The notes: generated by a model not told the origin, from the sequence alone. A DNA stretch of 64,000 nt from an uncultured Candidatus Saccharimonadales bacterium (GCA_964467655.1 CAYXSN010000004.1:19906-83905); one strand, 5' to 3'. Numbered from the stretch's first letter, positions 47,935 through 58,360 are shown. A program made the numbers and translations.

Positions 47935-48987
47935 TTACTGGGCGATACCGCTGCCGTTTTCCCAAGTATTGCCGATCCAGGCGGTCACCGAGGCGTTGTC
48001 CCTGATGAGTGCCGGACCATACGTAGCCCGGCCAGCGGGTGATGTTCCGTACCACGTATTATTGGTGAAGGTCGCGTTGGTGACGTTGTAACCCTGTTCG
48101 TCAACGTACACCGTATAACTACCGCCGCCTAGCCAGTTACCTTTGACATCTATGGCGTTCATGTTGCTCCAGGTGGCGGTAATGTTGATGGCGCCGGTTT
48201 CGTTGCGCCAATTGCCGCTCGCGTCGGTGAGCATAATGTTGTTGCCCCAGATCTTGGTATTACTGCCGGAATACACTTCGATGCCGTCGTAATGCGCTGT
48301 CGGGCTGTCGGAGAGGAGCTTTTCGATAAAATTGGCCTGAATGATGGTATTGCCGCCGGCGGTAATGGTGTTTTCAAATTTGGTCAGATAATTGCCACAG
48401 ATGAAGGCGTCAGTAGCTAAAATGCCGGTATAGGCGCCGTTGGGGGAGGTGATTTCGTTGTGAATGACCCTTGTGCCAGTGACGCCATCCATCACTCTGA
48501 TGGCCCAGTAGCCCGATTGCGTAATACGAGAATTCTCTATGGTGACGTTGTTGGCCGACACCGTGATGCCGCCGGTGATGTTTTTGGCGCTAACGACCTG
48601 GCCGGCGGTAGTGACGTTGATGTTACCGCTGGCCGACAGGACGGTACCTGCTGGTATGCCGGTGTTGGCGGCTATAGGCTTGGCCGCTGGCAAAGCCGGT
48701 GAGGTGGTGCAGGCATCGGCCGTAGGCGTGCTTGAGGGCACCGGCATCGGTGTGGGAGTGGCGGCGGCAGCAAATGTAACCACGCTGCCGCCCGAAGATC
48801 CGGTGATTGACGCAACGACAACGCCAGCCGAAGGTGTACCAGACTCGGCCTCAAAGGCTACCAGCGGCCCGGCTGCCCAAGTGCGGACGGCCACGTAACC
48901 CAGCAAGGTGACGGCCGCTATCACGACAGCTGCCCTGAGTTTCAACCAGGACAGCCGCGACAGTTTGATAAGTTTTGCCGCTGCCAT
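47935..48987 (-). CDS. Secreted right-handed beta-helix protein
   Basis: NTG.PAG, NNVTIENSRI, HYDGIE repeats. Confidence 0.75.
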   Translation of the reverse strand: MAAAKLIKLSRLSWLKLRAAVVIAAVTLLGYVAVRTWAAGPLVAFEAESGTPSAGVVVASITGSSGGSVVTFAAAATPTPMPVPSSTPTADACTTSPALPAAKPIAANTGIPAGTVLSASGNINVTTAGQVVSAKNITGGITVSANNVTIENSRITQSGYWAIRVMDGVTGTRVIHNEITSPNGAYTGILATDAFICGNYLTKFENTITAGGNTIIQANFIEKLLSDSPTAHYDGIEVYSGSNTKIWGNNIMLTDASGNWRNETGAINITATWSNMNAIDVKGNWLGGGSYTVYVDEQGYNVTNATFTNNTWYGTSPAGRATYGPALIRDNASVTAWIGNTWENGSGIAQ

Positions 48988-49095
48988 TACGGTAATGGTA
49001 GCACAAACCGGACCTAGCTAACGATCTGGAGGGCGCTGTGCCAGTTGGTGCCGAGAGCGCTTTCCCGGTTTTATGCTATAATTAGTATAGTAAGT

Positions 49096-49389
49096 ATGAC
49101 CTGCCTCACCACCCTCAAATTACTCGGCGACTACTGGACACTGCGGTTGCTTGATGCTCTGCGCGATCAGACGCTGCGCTATTGCCAACTCCAGCGCGCG
49201 GTCGATAATCTCAACCCCGTAACCTTGACGAACCGGCTGAAGCGGCTCGAAGAGGCCGGGCTCGTGGAGCGCCATGATGATACCACCGACAAAACGGCTG
49301 TTATCTATCAGCTGACCGAACGAGGCCGACAAGCCCTACCGGTAATTGATGCTCTGGACCAGTTTGCAGCAGCAGGCCCTAAGGGTTAA
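49096..49389 (+). CDS. HxlR-family winged-helix regulator
   Basis: LLGDYW, LTNRLKRLEEAGLV, YQLTERG. Confidence 0.92.
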   Translation: MTCLTTLKLLGDYWTLRLLDALRDQTLRYCQLQRAVDNLNPVTLTNRLKRLEEAGLVERHDDTTDKTAVIYQLTERGRQALPVIDALDQFAAAGPKG

Positions 49390-49468
49390 GTCGTCGTTGC
49401 TGCTGCGTTTGCCACACTTTTTAGCCGTTTGGCGGTTGTATACCAAGTTGGCTCACTTTATGGCAGTT

Positions 49469-49507
49469 GTAGGGAATAATCGGCACTTTTTCCCGATTAT
49501 TCCCTAC
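49469..49507. repeat. Perfect 15 bp inverted repeat
   Basis: gtagggaataatcgg-N9-ccgattattccctac. Confidence 0.75.
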
Positions 49508-49595
49508 GAACCCAATACAAGACTGGGAAAAAGTTAGTCGTCAGAACGGTCAGGAACGCATATACTCATAAAACTTATGAGCGAGAGTAGTACAT

Positions 49596-49763
49596 ATGCG
49601 TAAACTAGTGATCCTGACTTTTGTATCTTTAGACGGCGTCATGCAGGCACCGGGTGGCGAGGGTGAAGATCCCTCAGGCGGGTTTGGCCTGGAAGGTTGG
49701 TCGATGAGCTACAACGATGAGGCATCCGGTACCATGAAATGTGGCGCTATCGAGCCTTTTTGA
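49596..49763 (+). pseudogene. 3'-truncated DHFR-like (RibD C-terminal family) gene
   Basis: MRKLVILTFVSLDGVMQAPGGEGEDPSGGF..GW, then runs into the convergent gene and stops at 55 aa. Confidence 0.8.
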
Positions 49764-50685
49764 GGACATGCGCCAAACGAAACAGCTCGACACCTGTGAC
49801 TTCGCCCAGATATGATTGTTCGACATGGGCTAGCCCGGCCGAGAGACAGATCTGAATATTCATGGGTCGGCCAATTGCCCGCTGGGCAGCGCGAATGTCG
49901 GCCATTAGAGGCCGAGCCACTGTGACCACAAACCGCTGGATGCTGGTGTTGTCGGCCCTGTCGACCCAATCGGGAAACATGACTACGATATTTTGGCCAT
50001 CACCACGCAGGCTGGTGATACTGCCACCGGCGGCGGCGGCAAGCGTTGCCACCTGCGGGCCAAAGGTGTTGAGAAAATGGCGCAAATGACCGTAGCGTTG
50101 TCGAGCTAACTGACTGGAGCCAGTGATGTCCCACATGATGACGAAGGCATTGGGAGTCGTGGGGGTATTCAACATGAGGGCATCAGCTAGTGATGGTAGC
50201 TTGGCGCTGGCGCGTAAGAGATCCTTGGTGGCCTGGTTGATGCTCGCTGCTTGATCGGCACTTAGATCGCGCAGTTGTGTTACTGAAGGTAATGGCAGTG
50301 TTTGGGTTGTATCAAATGCTAGCTGGATGATAGCCGATGGCAGCGCCGGTTGACCGACTGCCAAGCCATAGACCACATGGCCGCCAGGGTTGAGTCGGCT
50401 GGGTTGATAATCGGTTGTTGGATGCCTGAACATATCACCCAACGTCGTGGCCCGCAGATCAACCCGGCGACCCAGTATACGGCGCCGGGTAAAAGCTAAT
50501 TGCCGGGTAGGGCGACCTGTGGCATTCACCGCCGCCACAGCCCCGGCGGAGTCGGCGTGATACTGGTCTGGCACGAATAAGACCGCTCCATTGAAAGCCG
50601 GAAACTCAGCCAACGCATCCACAAGCGGCGCTATGGCATGAGTTGCAGTCTGAGTTGCTGAGTGAAGTTCTGCCGGTGGATTCAT
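49747..50685 (-). CDS. Class III nucleotidyl-cyclase-like domain protein
   Basis: IMWDITGSSQL and RGDG. Confidence 0.6.
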   Translation of the reverse strand: MNPPAELHSATQTATHAIAPLVDALAEFPAFNGAVLFVPDQYHADSAGAVAAVNATGRPTRQLAFTRRRILGRRVDLRATTLGDMFRHPTTDYQPSRLNPGGHVVYGLAVGQPALPSAIIQLAFDTTQTLPLPSVTQLRDLSADQAASINQATKDLLRASAKLPSLADALMLNTPTTPNAFVIMWDITGSSQLARQRYGHLRHFLNTFGPQVATLAAAAGGSITSLRGDGQNIVVMFPDWVDRADNTSIQRFVVTVARPLMADIRAAQRAIGRPMNIQICLSAGLAHVEQSYLGEVTGVELFRLAHVLKKAR

Positions 50686-51071
50686 GGCTTCTTGATTTGA
50701 GGAATCGCGCTCTGGGGTACCTGGCGCACCTTGATGGTACTGGCACCTTGGATGTAGAGCTTCACGAGCCGATGGAGCCCGTCGAGAATCACCCAGCGCC
50801 CGCGCCAGAACATGATATCAATGGGGTGTGATGTGTCGGCAGCCATGGTACGGTCGTATTCGGCGCTGAAGTCATGCGGATGATCGATGACGTCCCGGGC
50901 TTTGAGGTCGTAGAATCCTCCAGGTTTTGACCAAAATGGAATTTCAAAATGCCAGGTGAGTTCGGTTATGGGGATTACTACCACCGGCACATCAAGCTGC
51001 CAGACTTTTTGGACGTCCCAGCTGAAGTCGAAGCCAACTTCTTGGATAATGGGAGGGAATGCGCGCTTCAT
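50682..51071 (-). CDS. Small ParB/Srx-like domain protein
   Basis: PI...ILDGLHRL. Confidence 0.65.
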   Translation of the reverse strand: MKRAFPPIIQEVGFDFSWDVQKVWQLDVPVVVIPITELTWHFEIPFWSKPGGFYDLKARDVIDHPHDFSAEYDRTMAADTSHPIDIMFWRGRWVILDGLHRLVKLYIQGASTIKVRQVPQSAIPQIKKP

Positions 51072-51500
51072 ACTTATAGAGACTACCTAAAATATGATGG
51101 TGGTACTAGTTATCATTTGTCCCCCTGTACTTGCACATCGTCTCCCTTACCGCGCAAATAGTGCTCATATTCGATATCTCGGTCAATTGCAGTTTGTAAT
51201 GCACCGCGAATAACCTGGGTGCGGCTACGGCCTTTGATGAACTGCGCCCAGTCAAGGTAGTTGCGCTCGGCACCGTTGAGTACTAAGTGGAAGCGGCTTT
51301 TATCGGTGCTGTTTTTGATAGCGCAAAGCCAGTGTAATATAAGTAATTATCACGATATGTATGTAACTCGGCGGTCGACGAGGTAAAGTAGACTTTCATG
51401 TGGCGTAGAGTACGTGATGAGCAAATAATGTGCAAGGTGTGCATACCAACTTCTACCAAGCATCAGTACCATGGCCTTAGTACTCATAAGGAGCCCGTTC

Positions 51501-51917
51501 ATGAAGACTATCAATTTAGCCGGTTGCATTATGTTAGATGATCAGCAGCGCATTCTCATGCTGCACCGCAACACGCCAAAGCGGACACAGTGGGAAATTC
51601 CGGGCGGGAAGATTGAAGCCGGCGAATCCGCCGAGGCGGCGGCCCAGCGTGAAGTGAGAGAAGAGCTTGGCCTGGAGGTAATCATTAGCCGCGAAATTGG
51701 TTCGCGGTCATTTGTGGAAGATGACCATACCATGGGCTACACCTGGTTTCTGGCTGATGTGTCGGCGGGTGTTCCCCAAGTAATGGAGCCGGATCTGTAT
51801 GACGAGCTACGCTACTTGAGTATGGCTGATTTGCGCGAGTTGCGGCCAGAATTATCTGCCAATACGGTGAATTTTGTAACCGAGCTTGAGGCGGGGCGAG
51901 TCAAGCTGACAGCGTAA
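51501..51917 (+). CDS. NUDIX hydrolase
   Basis: GGKIEAGESAEAAAQREVREELG. Confidence 0.95.
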   Translation: MKTINLAGCIMLDDQQRILMLHRNTPKRTQWEIPGGKIEAGESAEAAAQREVREELGLEVIISREIGSRSFVEDDHTMGYTWFLADVSAGVPQVMEPDLYDELRYLSMADLRELRPELSANTVNFVTELEAGRVKLTA

Positions 51918-52038
51918 TTGGACGAGTACGGAGTGAGCGTGGGGGGCTCATGGGCCACGTCATCGTTCAGTCTGGCATTAGCTTGATGCAGACAGCTATC
52001 CTGGCTGTTTTCTGGAGCAGCAATGCTAAAATGTCTTC

Positions 52039-52593
52039 ATGGCACCACAAGTCCCCCAACTACCCGGCCTGGACATCCCGGTTGTATTTGCAAACGGCAC
52101 TGATGTCTACGACCGGTTGGCCCAATCGTACCGGCGGCATGCCAAGGGCTACTTTTTGTTGGCGCCGTCGGGGGCGGGCAAAACCTATTTTGTTGACCAT
52201 CAGGTTTTGCCCGACTGGATTGACGGCGATGTGTTGTGGCAGGCCGTGGGCGCTCTACCCGACGGCGAGTGGTGGAACTTGCCCCTGGAGCGGATTATGG
52301 AGCTTGAAGCCCGCTGCGATCTGATTACGCAAGAAGCCAGGCGGTTGGGGTTTTGGGTACTGGGTGGATCAAATACCTGGCTCCAGCCTGACGCTGTGGT
52401 ACTGCCGCACTGGCAGACCCAAAAGTACCGGATGGGTTTACGACTCAAGCACAATTATGACGGCGGGTTGGCCCCCGACCAAACCGGCAAAGCTCTCACG
52501 CAGCGCCGATGGTTCAGCCGCTGGACCAAGCAAGGCGTACCCAAATTTACCAGCATCGAGGCAGCGGCGGCTAGCTTAGCCGCGCGGATGTAA
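52039..52593 (+). CDS. P-loop NTPase/kinase-like protein
   Basis: APSGAGKT, IDGD. Confidence 0.7.
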   Translation: MAPQVPQLPGLDIPVVFANGTDVYDRLAQSYRRHAKGYFLLAPSGAGKTYFVDHQVLPDWIDGDVLWQAVGALPDGEWWNLPLERIMELEARCDLITQEARRLGFWVLGGSNTWLQPDAVVLPHWQTQKYRMGLRLKHNYDGGLAPDQTGKALTQRRWFSRWTKQGVPKFTSIEAAAASLAARM

Positions 52594-53520
52594 CGGCACA
52601 TCGTAGGTTGTATCGGCGATCGTGCTGGTGGCGTGACCATCGGGCGCGAGGTCTATGGCGATGCCACCACCGTAATCAACGGGTAGCCCGTCTTGCTTGG
52701 TGCCGCCGGCCAGTTTCAGTTTTACAAACGGACTGATGGTGTCGTAGTGCGTGGCCGCCCAGATAAGCAGGCGGCGGCCAGGGTTGGCGTCATGGTAACC
52801 TTTGGCAAACTCAGCTAAGGCACTGACGGCCTCTTGAGTGCGGTCGGCAATGCCATCGGGGCCCTCGGCATTCATGGTGGCGCGGTCTTCGGCGTGCCAG
52901 TCTTCCTCGAAAGCTATCCAGAAGTCTCGGGTCTGTGCGCCGTAGCGCTCGGTCAGAAACTGACTGAATGCCTCGTGACTGAGCATCTGCGGCTCCCGCA
53001 ACCGGGGTTCAACTTGGGGGACACCGGTGATCGACTGGCCGTCGATGCCTTGGACCGGCTGCACTACGTTGATGATGCGTCCGCTATCCAGGTCGGCATC
53101 AGCCAGCGCGCCGGCCATACCGTCCCAAACGGCCTCGGCGGTTTCCATACTGCGCCGGCCACCACCTTGGTACTGGGTGTCACTGGCTACGACGAGGATA
53201 TCAAAGTTCTCACGCTCGGCTTCAGGAATGCCGCCGATGAGCTGGGCCACAACATCATATCCAAGCTGGTTTTGGTCCCGCTCCGCCCGGCCGGTGAGGC
53301 TGCCCACGAACGGGTCGTCTTCATCACGAATATACTCACCATGACGTTGCAGAATAATTTCGGTGCCGCCAAGTTTGGGAACGTGGGCCTGGATGTCTCG
53401 TTGGGTGATGCGCTCCGGAAGCGTGCGAGTCTCGGACACGGCGGCTTCGTTTAGGCTAGCCGCCAGCTCGGCGCCACTAAAGACTGTACCGCTTTCGGGC
53501 TGTGGGGTTTCATGGCTCAT
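52576..53520 (-). CDS. Histidine phosphatase family protein
   Basis: ILQRHG, RSMETA, ATH. Confidence 0.75.
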   Translation of the reverse strand: MSHETPQPESGTVFSGAELAASLNEAAVSETRTLPERITQRDIQAHVPKLGGTEIILQRHGEYIRDEDDPFVGSLTGRAERDQNQLGYDVVAQLIGGIPEAERENFDILVVASDTQYQGGGRRSMETAEAVWDGMAGALADADLDSGRIINVVQPVQGIDGQSITGVPQVEPRLREPQMLSHEAFSQFLTERYGAQTRDFWIAFEEDWHAEDRATMNAEGPDGIADRTQEAVSALAEFAKGYHDANPGRRLLIWAATHYDTISPFVKLKLAGGTKQDGLPVDYGGGIAIDLAPDGHATSTIADTTYDVPLHPRG

Positions 53521-53538
53521 ATGGTGAGTATAATGCGG

Positions 53539-53900
53539 CTACTCCAGATACCCAAGCTTCCGAAACAGCTTCTCGCTCGGCGGCACATGCTCGTAATCGG
53601 GCAGATCCTTGATGTCCACCCACTTGAGCTCCTCGTTGGGGTTGACCGGATGGGGCTCGCCGCCGGCCAGCTCGCACATGGCATCTAGATAGATGAAGCG
53701 CTTTTGCTCGCCGTCGTGATCGTTTTTGACGTCTTCATCCCAGCCAAGGCCTTGCGTGATGCGGACGGTCATGTTCCAGCGGGCCTGGAGCTCGCGGTTG
53801 AGCATGTCGACGACGGTGCCCTCGCCTTCGAGCCGGCCGCCAAACAGCCCCCACGGTTTGTCGTAGGGGTTGCGGGCCGGGTCAAACTTGCGGCGGGGCG
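53539..53900 (-). pseudogene. 5'-truncated NUDIX-like gene
   Basis: PWGLFGGRLEGEG...NREL...LKWV; the frame lacks a start and the first strand, and merges into a terminator hairpin. Confidence 0.6.
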
Positions 53901-53949
53901 GGGCATATGAATACCCCGCCTCTTTGCGCCGACCTACGCTTCAGCCGCT

Positions 53950-54669
53950 CTAATTGTAAACGTAGTTGATCGTTACTTTTGGATCGTAGTGCCAGCACCA
54001 GCCAAATGACTTTTGGAGCCCGATCAAGCCATTTGTATACGCATCTGCACCCGGCAGTGACTGCCCCGGCAAAGCCTCTACTACCGGTTCTGCGATGGCT
54101 GCCGTTTGCTCAAACCCAAGCGGGAACACCACCGTGGCGGCGAGCTTAGCGGCGCCACTCGGTACAAAGCTCAGCAACGGGGCGTACATTACGAGCTGGT
54201 ACGCCTTAGGGTTACCGGCCTGCGGCAAGAGCTTTTGACTCAGGTGAATCCGCACAACGTGCTGGCCTGCCGGAATGGCTAGATCGGCAATCTTAAAGTG
54301 TTTGGCTAGCTCATGCAGGGCGGCATCGGGATGCTGCCCGTCAAGCGCGATGCCGGCCTTTGCGAGTACGGGCTGCAGCAGCGGTTCGTCGTGTTTTGTG
54401 ATACGGCGAAAGTTGGCAACTACATCAAATTTATCGTCGGTTGCCGAAACGACCCGCGCAAAGGCCCGAGTGCCCGCCTCAACATCCGCATGTACTACGA
54501 GCCGGTAAACTTGCTCTGTTGGCGCGTTCACAAGTGCAGTGATAGTTGCGTTCGCAACATCATAGCACTCGCTTGGGTTGAAGTTGCGCAACGGCGCAAC
54601 GCTTTCGACATCGATATTGATGCCCTGCGAAAGAATTGGTAAATCGAGCGTGATTGGTTGATTACCCAC
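53950..54669 (-). CDS. Hypothetical protein
   Basis: SD GGAGG with GTG start; hairpin 53897-53920 downstream. Confidence 0.7.
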   Translation of the reverse strand: MGNQPITLDLPILSQGINIDVESVAPLRNFNPSECYDVANATITALVNAPTEQVYRLVVHADVEAGTRAFARVVSATDDKFDVVANFRRITKHDEPLLQPVLAKAGIALDGQHPDAALHELAKHFKIADLAIPAGQHVVRIHLSQKLLPQAGNPKAYQLVMYAPLLSFVPSGAAKLAATVVFPLGFEQTAAIAEPVVEALPGQSLPGADAYTNGLIGLQKSFGWCWHYDPKVTINYVYN

Positions 54670-54843
54670 GGTAACCTCCTGTGTTAAGCTGGAGGTACGG
54701 TGCACAGACGCACCTCCAATCGCCAGGCTTGCATCGGGATCCAAACGACAACAAGCCTGGCGAATTTGTAAATATGAGCATGCCAAAGGTCGACGCTTCC
54801 TATCGTAGCCGTTTTCAAATCTTGGTGCAACTGTTTTATGGCT

Positions 54844-54904
54844 TAAACAGAAATAGGGTTTTTCTTATTTCTATTTGACATGCTAAACAGAAATAAGTTA
54901 AAAT
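54844..54904 (+). promoter_or_regulatory. Fic promoter with repeated operator-like boxes
   Basis: taaacagaaata twice plus an inverted copy around TTGACA-18-TAAAAT. Confidence 0.6.
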
Positions 54905-54910
54905 CAACAC

Positions 54911-56059
54911 ATGATTAACTCAAAAGAATATGTCCGAGGCTCAATCCGGAAGTACTTTGCTCATCAAGATGCAGAGTATTTCTGTTTTGTGCCCCCAACC
55001 GTTAATAAGGAATTTATATTAACGAATCGCCTCGCAGAGCACACCGAGGAGGCAATGCGCCGCTTAGGAGAGTTAAATGCGTATTCGTCTTTTGTGCCTG
55101 ACGTTGATTACTTCATTCGCATGCATATTCGTAAAGAGGCGGTTCAATCATCTCGGATTGAGGGAACATATACAGGCATTGATGATGCTGTATTGTCCGA
55201 GGAGGATGTTTCTCCAGAAAAACGTAATGATTGGCGAGAAGTTCAAAATTATATTCGTGCTCTCGATCATTCTACGCATCGGCTCGACCAGCTTCCTCTT
55301 GCGATGCGCTTGTTAAATGAAACTCACAAAATTTTATTGGAAGGTGCACGCGGAGACGGTAAAACGCCGGGTGAAATCCGTACAAAACAGAACTGGATTG
55401 GTGGCGCAACAATCCAATCGGCAATATTTGTTCCGCCTCATGCCAATTTACTTTCGGAGGCGCTCAGTGATCTGGAAGCATTTTGGCATAATAGAACTAT
55501 AGCTATGCCCAAATTAATTCGCATTGCAGTTACACATTACCAGTTTGAGACAATTCACCCCTACGCGGATGGAAACGGTCGCATCGGTAGATTATTGATC
55601 ATGCTGCAAATGATGAATTACGGATTGCTCGACAAGCCCACCTTATATATGTCGGATTTTTTTGAAAAACATCGGCAAAACTATTACGGCGCCTTAATGG
55701 AAGTTCGCGCTAACCAGGACTTAGACCATTGGCTGGCCTTCTTTCTAGATGGGGTTATTGAGTCGTCAACGTCGGCTAAGCAAAAATTCGAAAAAATTAT
55801 GGAGCTAAGAAATAATTACACTGAACGGATGATGAAATTGGGGCGGCGCGCAGGAAAGGCGAATAAACTTATAAATTCGCTTTATAGCAAGCCTGTGACT
55901 AGTGCCTCGGAAGCGGCGAGTTTGCTCGAAATATCATTTTCTAACACGAATGTTCTGCTACGTGATTTAGTAAAAGAAAATATACTTAAAGAAATTACAG
56001 GATTCTCGCGAAATCGGATTTTTGTGCTCGATGAGTATATGCAGATCTTTAGGGGCTAA
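54911..56059 (+). CDS. Fic family protein (N-terminal inhibitory motif, C-terminal HTH)
   Basis: SSRIEG and HPYADGNGRIGR; AT-richer than its flanks. Confidence 0.93.
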   Translation: MINSKEYVRGSIRKYFAHQDAEYFCFVPPTVNKEFILTNRLAEHTEEAMRRLGELNAYSSFVPDVDYFIRMHIRKEAVQSSRIEGTYTGIDDAVLSEEDVSPEKRNDWREVQNYIRALDHSTHRLDQLPLAMRLLNETHKILLEGARGDGKTPGEIRTKQNWIGGATIQSAIFVPPHANLLSEALSDLEAFWHNRTIAMPKLIRIAVTHYQFETIHPYADGNGRIGRLLIMLQMMNYGLLDKPTLYMSDFFEKHRQNYYGALMEVRANQDLDHWLAFFLDGVIESSTSAKQKFEKIMELRNNYTERMMKLGRRAGKANKLINSLYSKPVTSASEAASLLEISFSNTNVLLRDLVKENILKEITGFSRNRIFVLDEYMQIFRG

Positions 56060-56131
56060 TGTCTTTGCGATGTTTCCTCACGGATGCATCAGCAATTACT
56101 ATGCGCTCTAGCTACTCAGCCGTTTTCCTAC

Positions 56132-58360
56132 TCACAAATACTCCGCGATCAGCGCCTTTTTGCTCTGTACGAGCTCGGCCGGGGTGCCTTCGAACATGAT
56201 CTGGCCGCCGGCGTTGCCGCCTTCGGGGCCGAGGTCGATGATCCAGTCCGCCTGGCGGATCACTTCTTGGTTGTGCTCGATGGTAATCACCGAGTTGCCG
56301 GCGTCTACCAGCCGGTTGATGATGGTGTGCAGGTGGGTGATGTCCGACATGTGCAGGCCGGTGGTGGGCTCGTCGAGCACGTAGATACTCCCCTGTTTGT
56401 GGAGCTCGCTGGCCAGCTTGATGCGCTGGCATTCGCCGCCGGAGAGTGAGCTTAAGGGCTGGCCGAGGCTGAGGTAATCGAGGCCGACGTCCGAGAGAGC
56501 TTGGAGCTTGTGGGCGATGTCTTTGATGTTGAAGAATTCGATGGCCTGGGCGACGGTGAGGTCGAGCACTTCGGTGATGGATTTGCCCTGATATTTGTAT
56601 TCCAGGACTTCGGGCTTGAAGCGCTTGCCCTCGCAGATATCGCAGGGCAGTTTGGCGTCGTCGAGGAAGGCCAGGTCGGTGGTCACAAAGCCCGCGCCTT
56701 TGCAGTTGTCGCAGGCGCCTTTAGAATTAAAGCTAAACAGTGCCACGTCGGCTTTGTTGGCCGTAGCGAAGGCTTTTCGAATAACATCCATAATCCCCGT
56801 GTACGTCGCGGGGTTGGAACGGGAGGATACACCAATGGGAGACTGATCGACCACGATGGCCTCGGGATGCTGCTTGAGGAAGACGTGGTTGATGAGGCTG
56901 GACTTGCCCGAGCCGGCCACGCCAGTGATGACGGTGAAGACGCCGGCGGGAATATTGACGTTGACGTGCTTGAGGTTATTGATGTGGGCGTCGGTGATGG
57001 GTAGTTGGCCGGTGGCGGGGCGGGGGTTTTCTTTGATGGGCAGGTGCGATTTGAGGTGGGTGCCGGTGAGGGTGTCGGCTCCCAGGAGTTCGGCGTAGGT
57101 GCCTTCAAAGACGATCTGTCCGCCGTTTGAGCCGGCTTTGGGGCCAACGTCGATGATGTGGTCGGCAGCCTGGATGACGTCGGGGTCGTGCTCTACCACA
57201 ATGACCGTGTTGCCGCGGTCGCGGAGGCGCTGGAGCAGTTCGTTGAGGCGGTGGACGTCTCTGGGGTGCAGGCCGACGCTGGGCTCATCAAAGATGTACA
57301 TGACGTCTACCAGTGAACCGTTGAGGTGCTTCACCATCTTGACACGCTGACTTTCGCCGCCGGACAGCGTGTCGGTGGGGCGGTCGAGGCTGAGGTAGCC
57401 CAGGCCGATATCGACGAGGTTGGTGAGGCGGTCGTGGAGGGTTCCCGTGATGGCCTTGGCTTCGGGCGACTTGATAGACTTGACCACTTCTAACAGTTGG
57501 TCGACCTGCATACTCGAAAGCTCGGCGATGTTGTGGCCTTCGACTTTTACGCCGAGCGCCTGTTGGCTGAGGCGGGCGCCGTGGCAGGTGGGGCACTTGC
57601 CCATGGTGATGAACGGTTCGATTTGCTTCTGGGTGCGTTCGCTCATGGTTTTGAGGTCGCGCAGGATGTACTTTTTGACGAAGGTATTTTCGAAGCCTTC
57701 GTAGGACAGATTGATGCCGTTGAACTTTACTTTGGTAGGCTCGGCGTGCAAGAACTCGTCCATCTCGGTGGCGGTAAAATCTTTGAGCGGCTTGGCGACG
57801 TTGACGCCGGCGGCCTTCATGACACCAAAGCCCCAGAAGTTGTCGCCGGAGTAGCCGGGCAGCTTGATGGCACCGTCTTCGATGGACAACGCGCGATCAA
57901 GCGCGGCATCGAGGTCGAGGGTCATTTGGCGGCCCATGCCGTTGCAGGCTGGACACATGCCGGCCGGGTCGTTGAATGAGAACATATTGGCGTAGCCGAT
58001 TTTGGGTGTGCCGACGCGGGAGAACATCAGGCGCATGGCGGTGGCAATGTCTGTCACGGTGCCGACGGTGGAGTGTGATCCCCCACCCAGCGGTTTTTGG
58101 TCGACGATGACGGCCATGGACAGGTTGGCGATGGAGTCGGCAGCCGGCTGCGTAAGGTGCGGCAGGAAGTTGCGCACAAACATGCTGAAGTTCTCGTTGA
58201 GCAAGCGCTGAGCTTCGGCGGCCACGGTATCAAATACCAGGCTGGATTTGCCCGAGCCGGACACGCCGGTGAAGACGGTGATTTGGCGCTTAGGGATGCG
58301 CACCGAGACGTTTTTGAGATTATTCTCGCGCGCACCTTTGATTTCGATATATTCCGGCAT
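56132..58360 (-). CDS. Class II UvrA-like (DrrC-type) ABC ATPase
   Basis: Two Walker A (GSGKSS), two LSGGE, Zn fingers; 742 aa, shorter than canonical UvrA. Confidence 0.9.
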   Translation of the reverse strand: MPEYIEIKGARENNLKNVSVRIPKRQITVFTGVSGSGKSSLVFDTVAAEAQRLLNENFSMFVRNFLPHLTQPAADSIANLSMAVIVDQKPLGGGSHSTVGTVTDIATAMRLMFSRVGTPKIGYANMFSFNDPAGMCPACNGMGRQMTLDLDAALDRALSIEDGAIKLPGYSGDNFWGFGVMKAAGVNVAKPLKDFTATEMDEFLHAEPTKVKFNGINLSYEGFENTFVKKYILRDLKTMSERTQKQIEPFITMGKCPTCHGARLSQQALGVKVEGHNIAELSSMQVDQLLEVVKSIKSPEAKAITGTLHDRLTNLVDIGLGYLSLDRPTDTLSGGESQRVKMVKHLNGSLVDVMYIFDEPSVGLHPRDVHRLNELLQRLRDRGNTVIVVEHDPDVIQAADHIIDVGPKAGSNGGQIVFEGTYAELLGADTLTGTHLKSHLPIKENPRPATGQLPITDAHINNLKHVNVNIPAGVFTVITGVAGSGKSSLINHVFLKQHPEAIVVDQSPIGVSSRSNPATYTGIMDVIRKAFATANKADVALFSFNSKGACDNCKGAGFVTTDLAFLDDAKLPCDICEGKRFKPEVLEYKYQGKSITEVLDLTVAQAIEFFNIKDIAHKLQALSDVGLDYLSLGQPLSSLSGGECQRIKLASELHKQGSIYVLDEPTTGLHMSDITHLHTIINRLVDAGNSVITIEHNQEVIRQADWIIDLGPEGGNAGGQIMFEGTPAELVQSKKALIAEYL

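Noticed and set aside
51113-51345. Ribbon-helix-helix-like ORF on the minus strand (SRFHLVL...RTQVIRGAL)
   Set aside because: No canonical start before upstream stops; possibly a relic, not supportable as a gene.
56132-58360. Canonical uvrA
   Set aside because: Too short and lacks the UvrB-binding insertion; annotated as class II.
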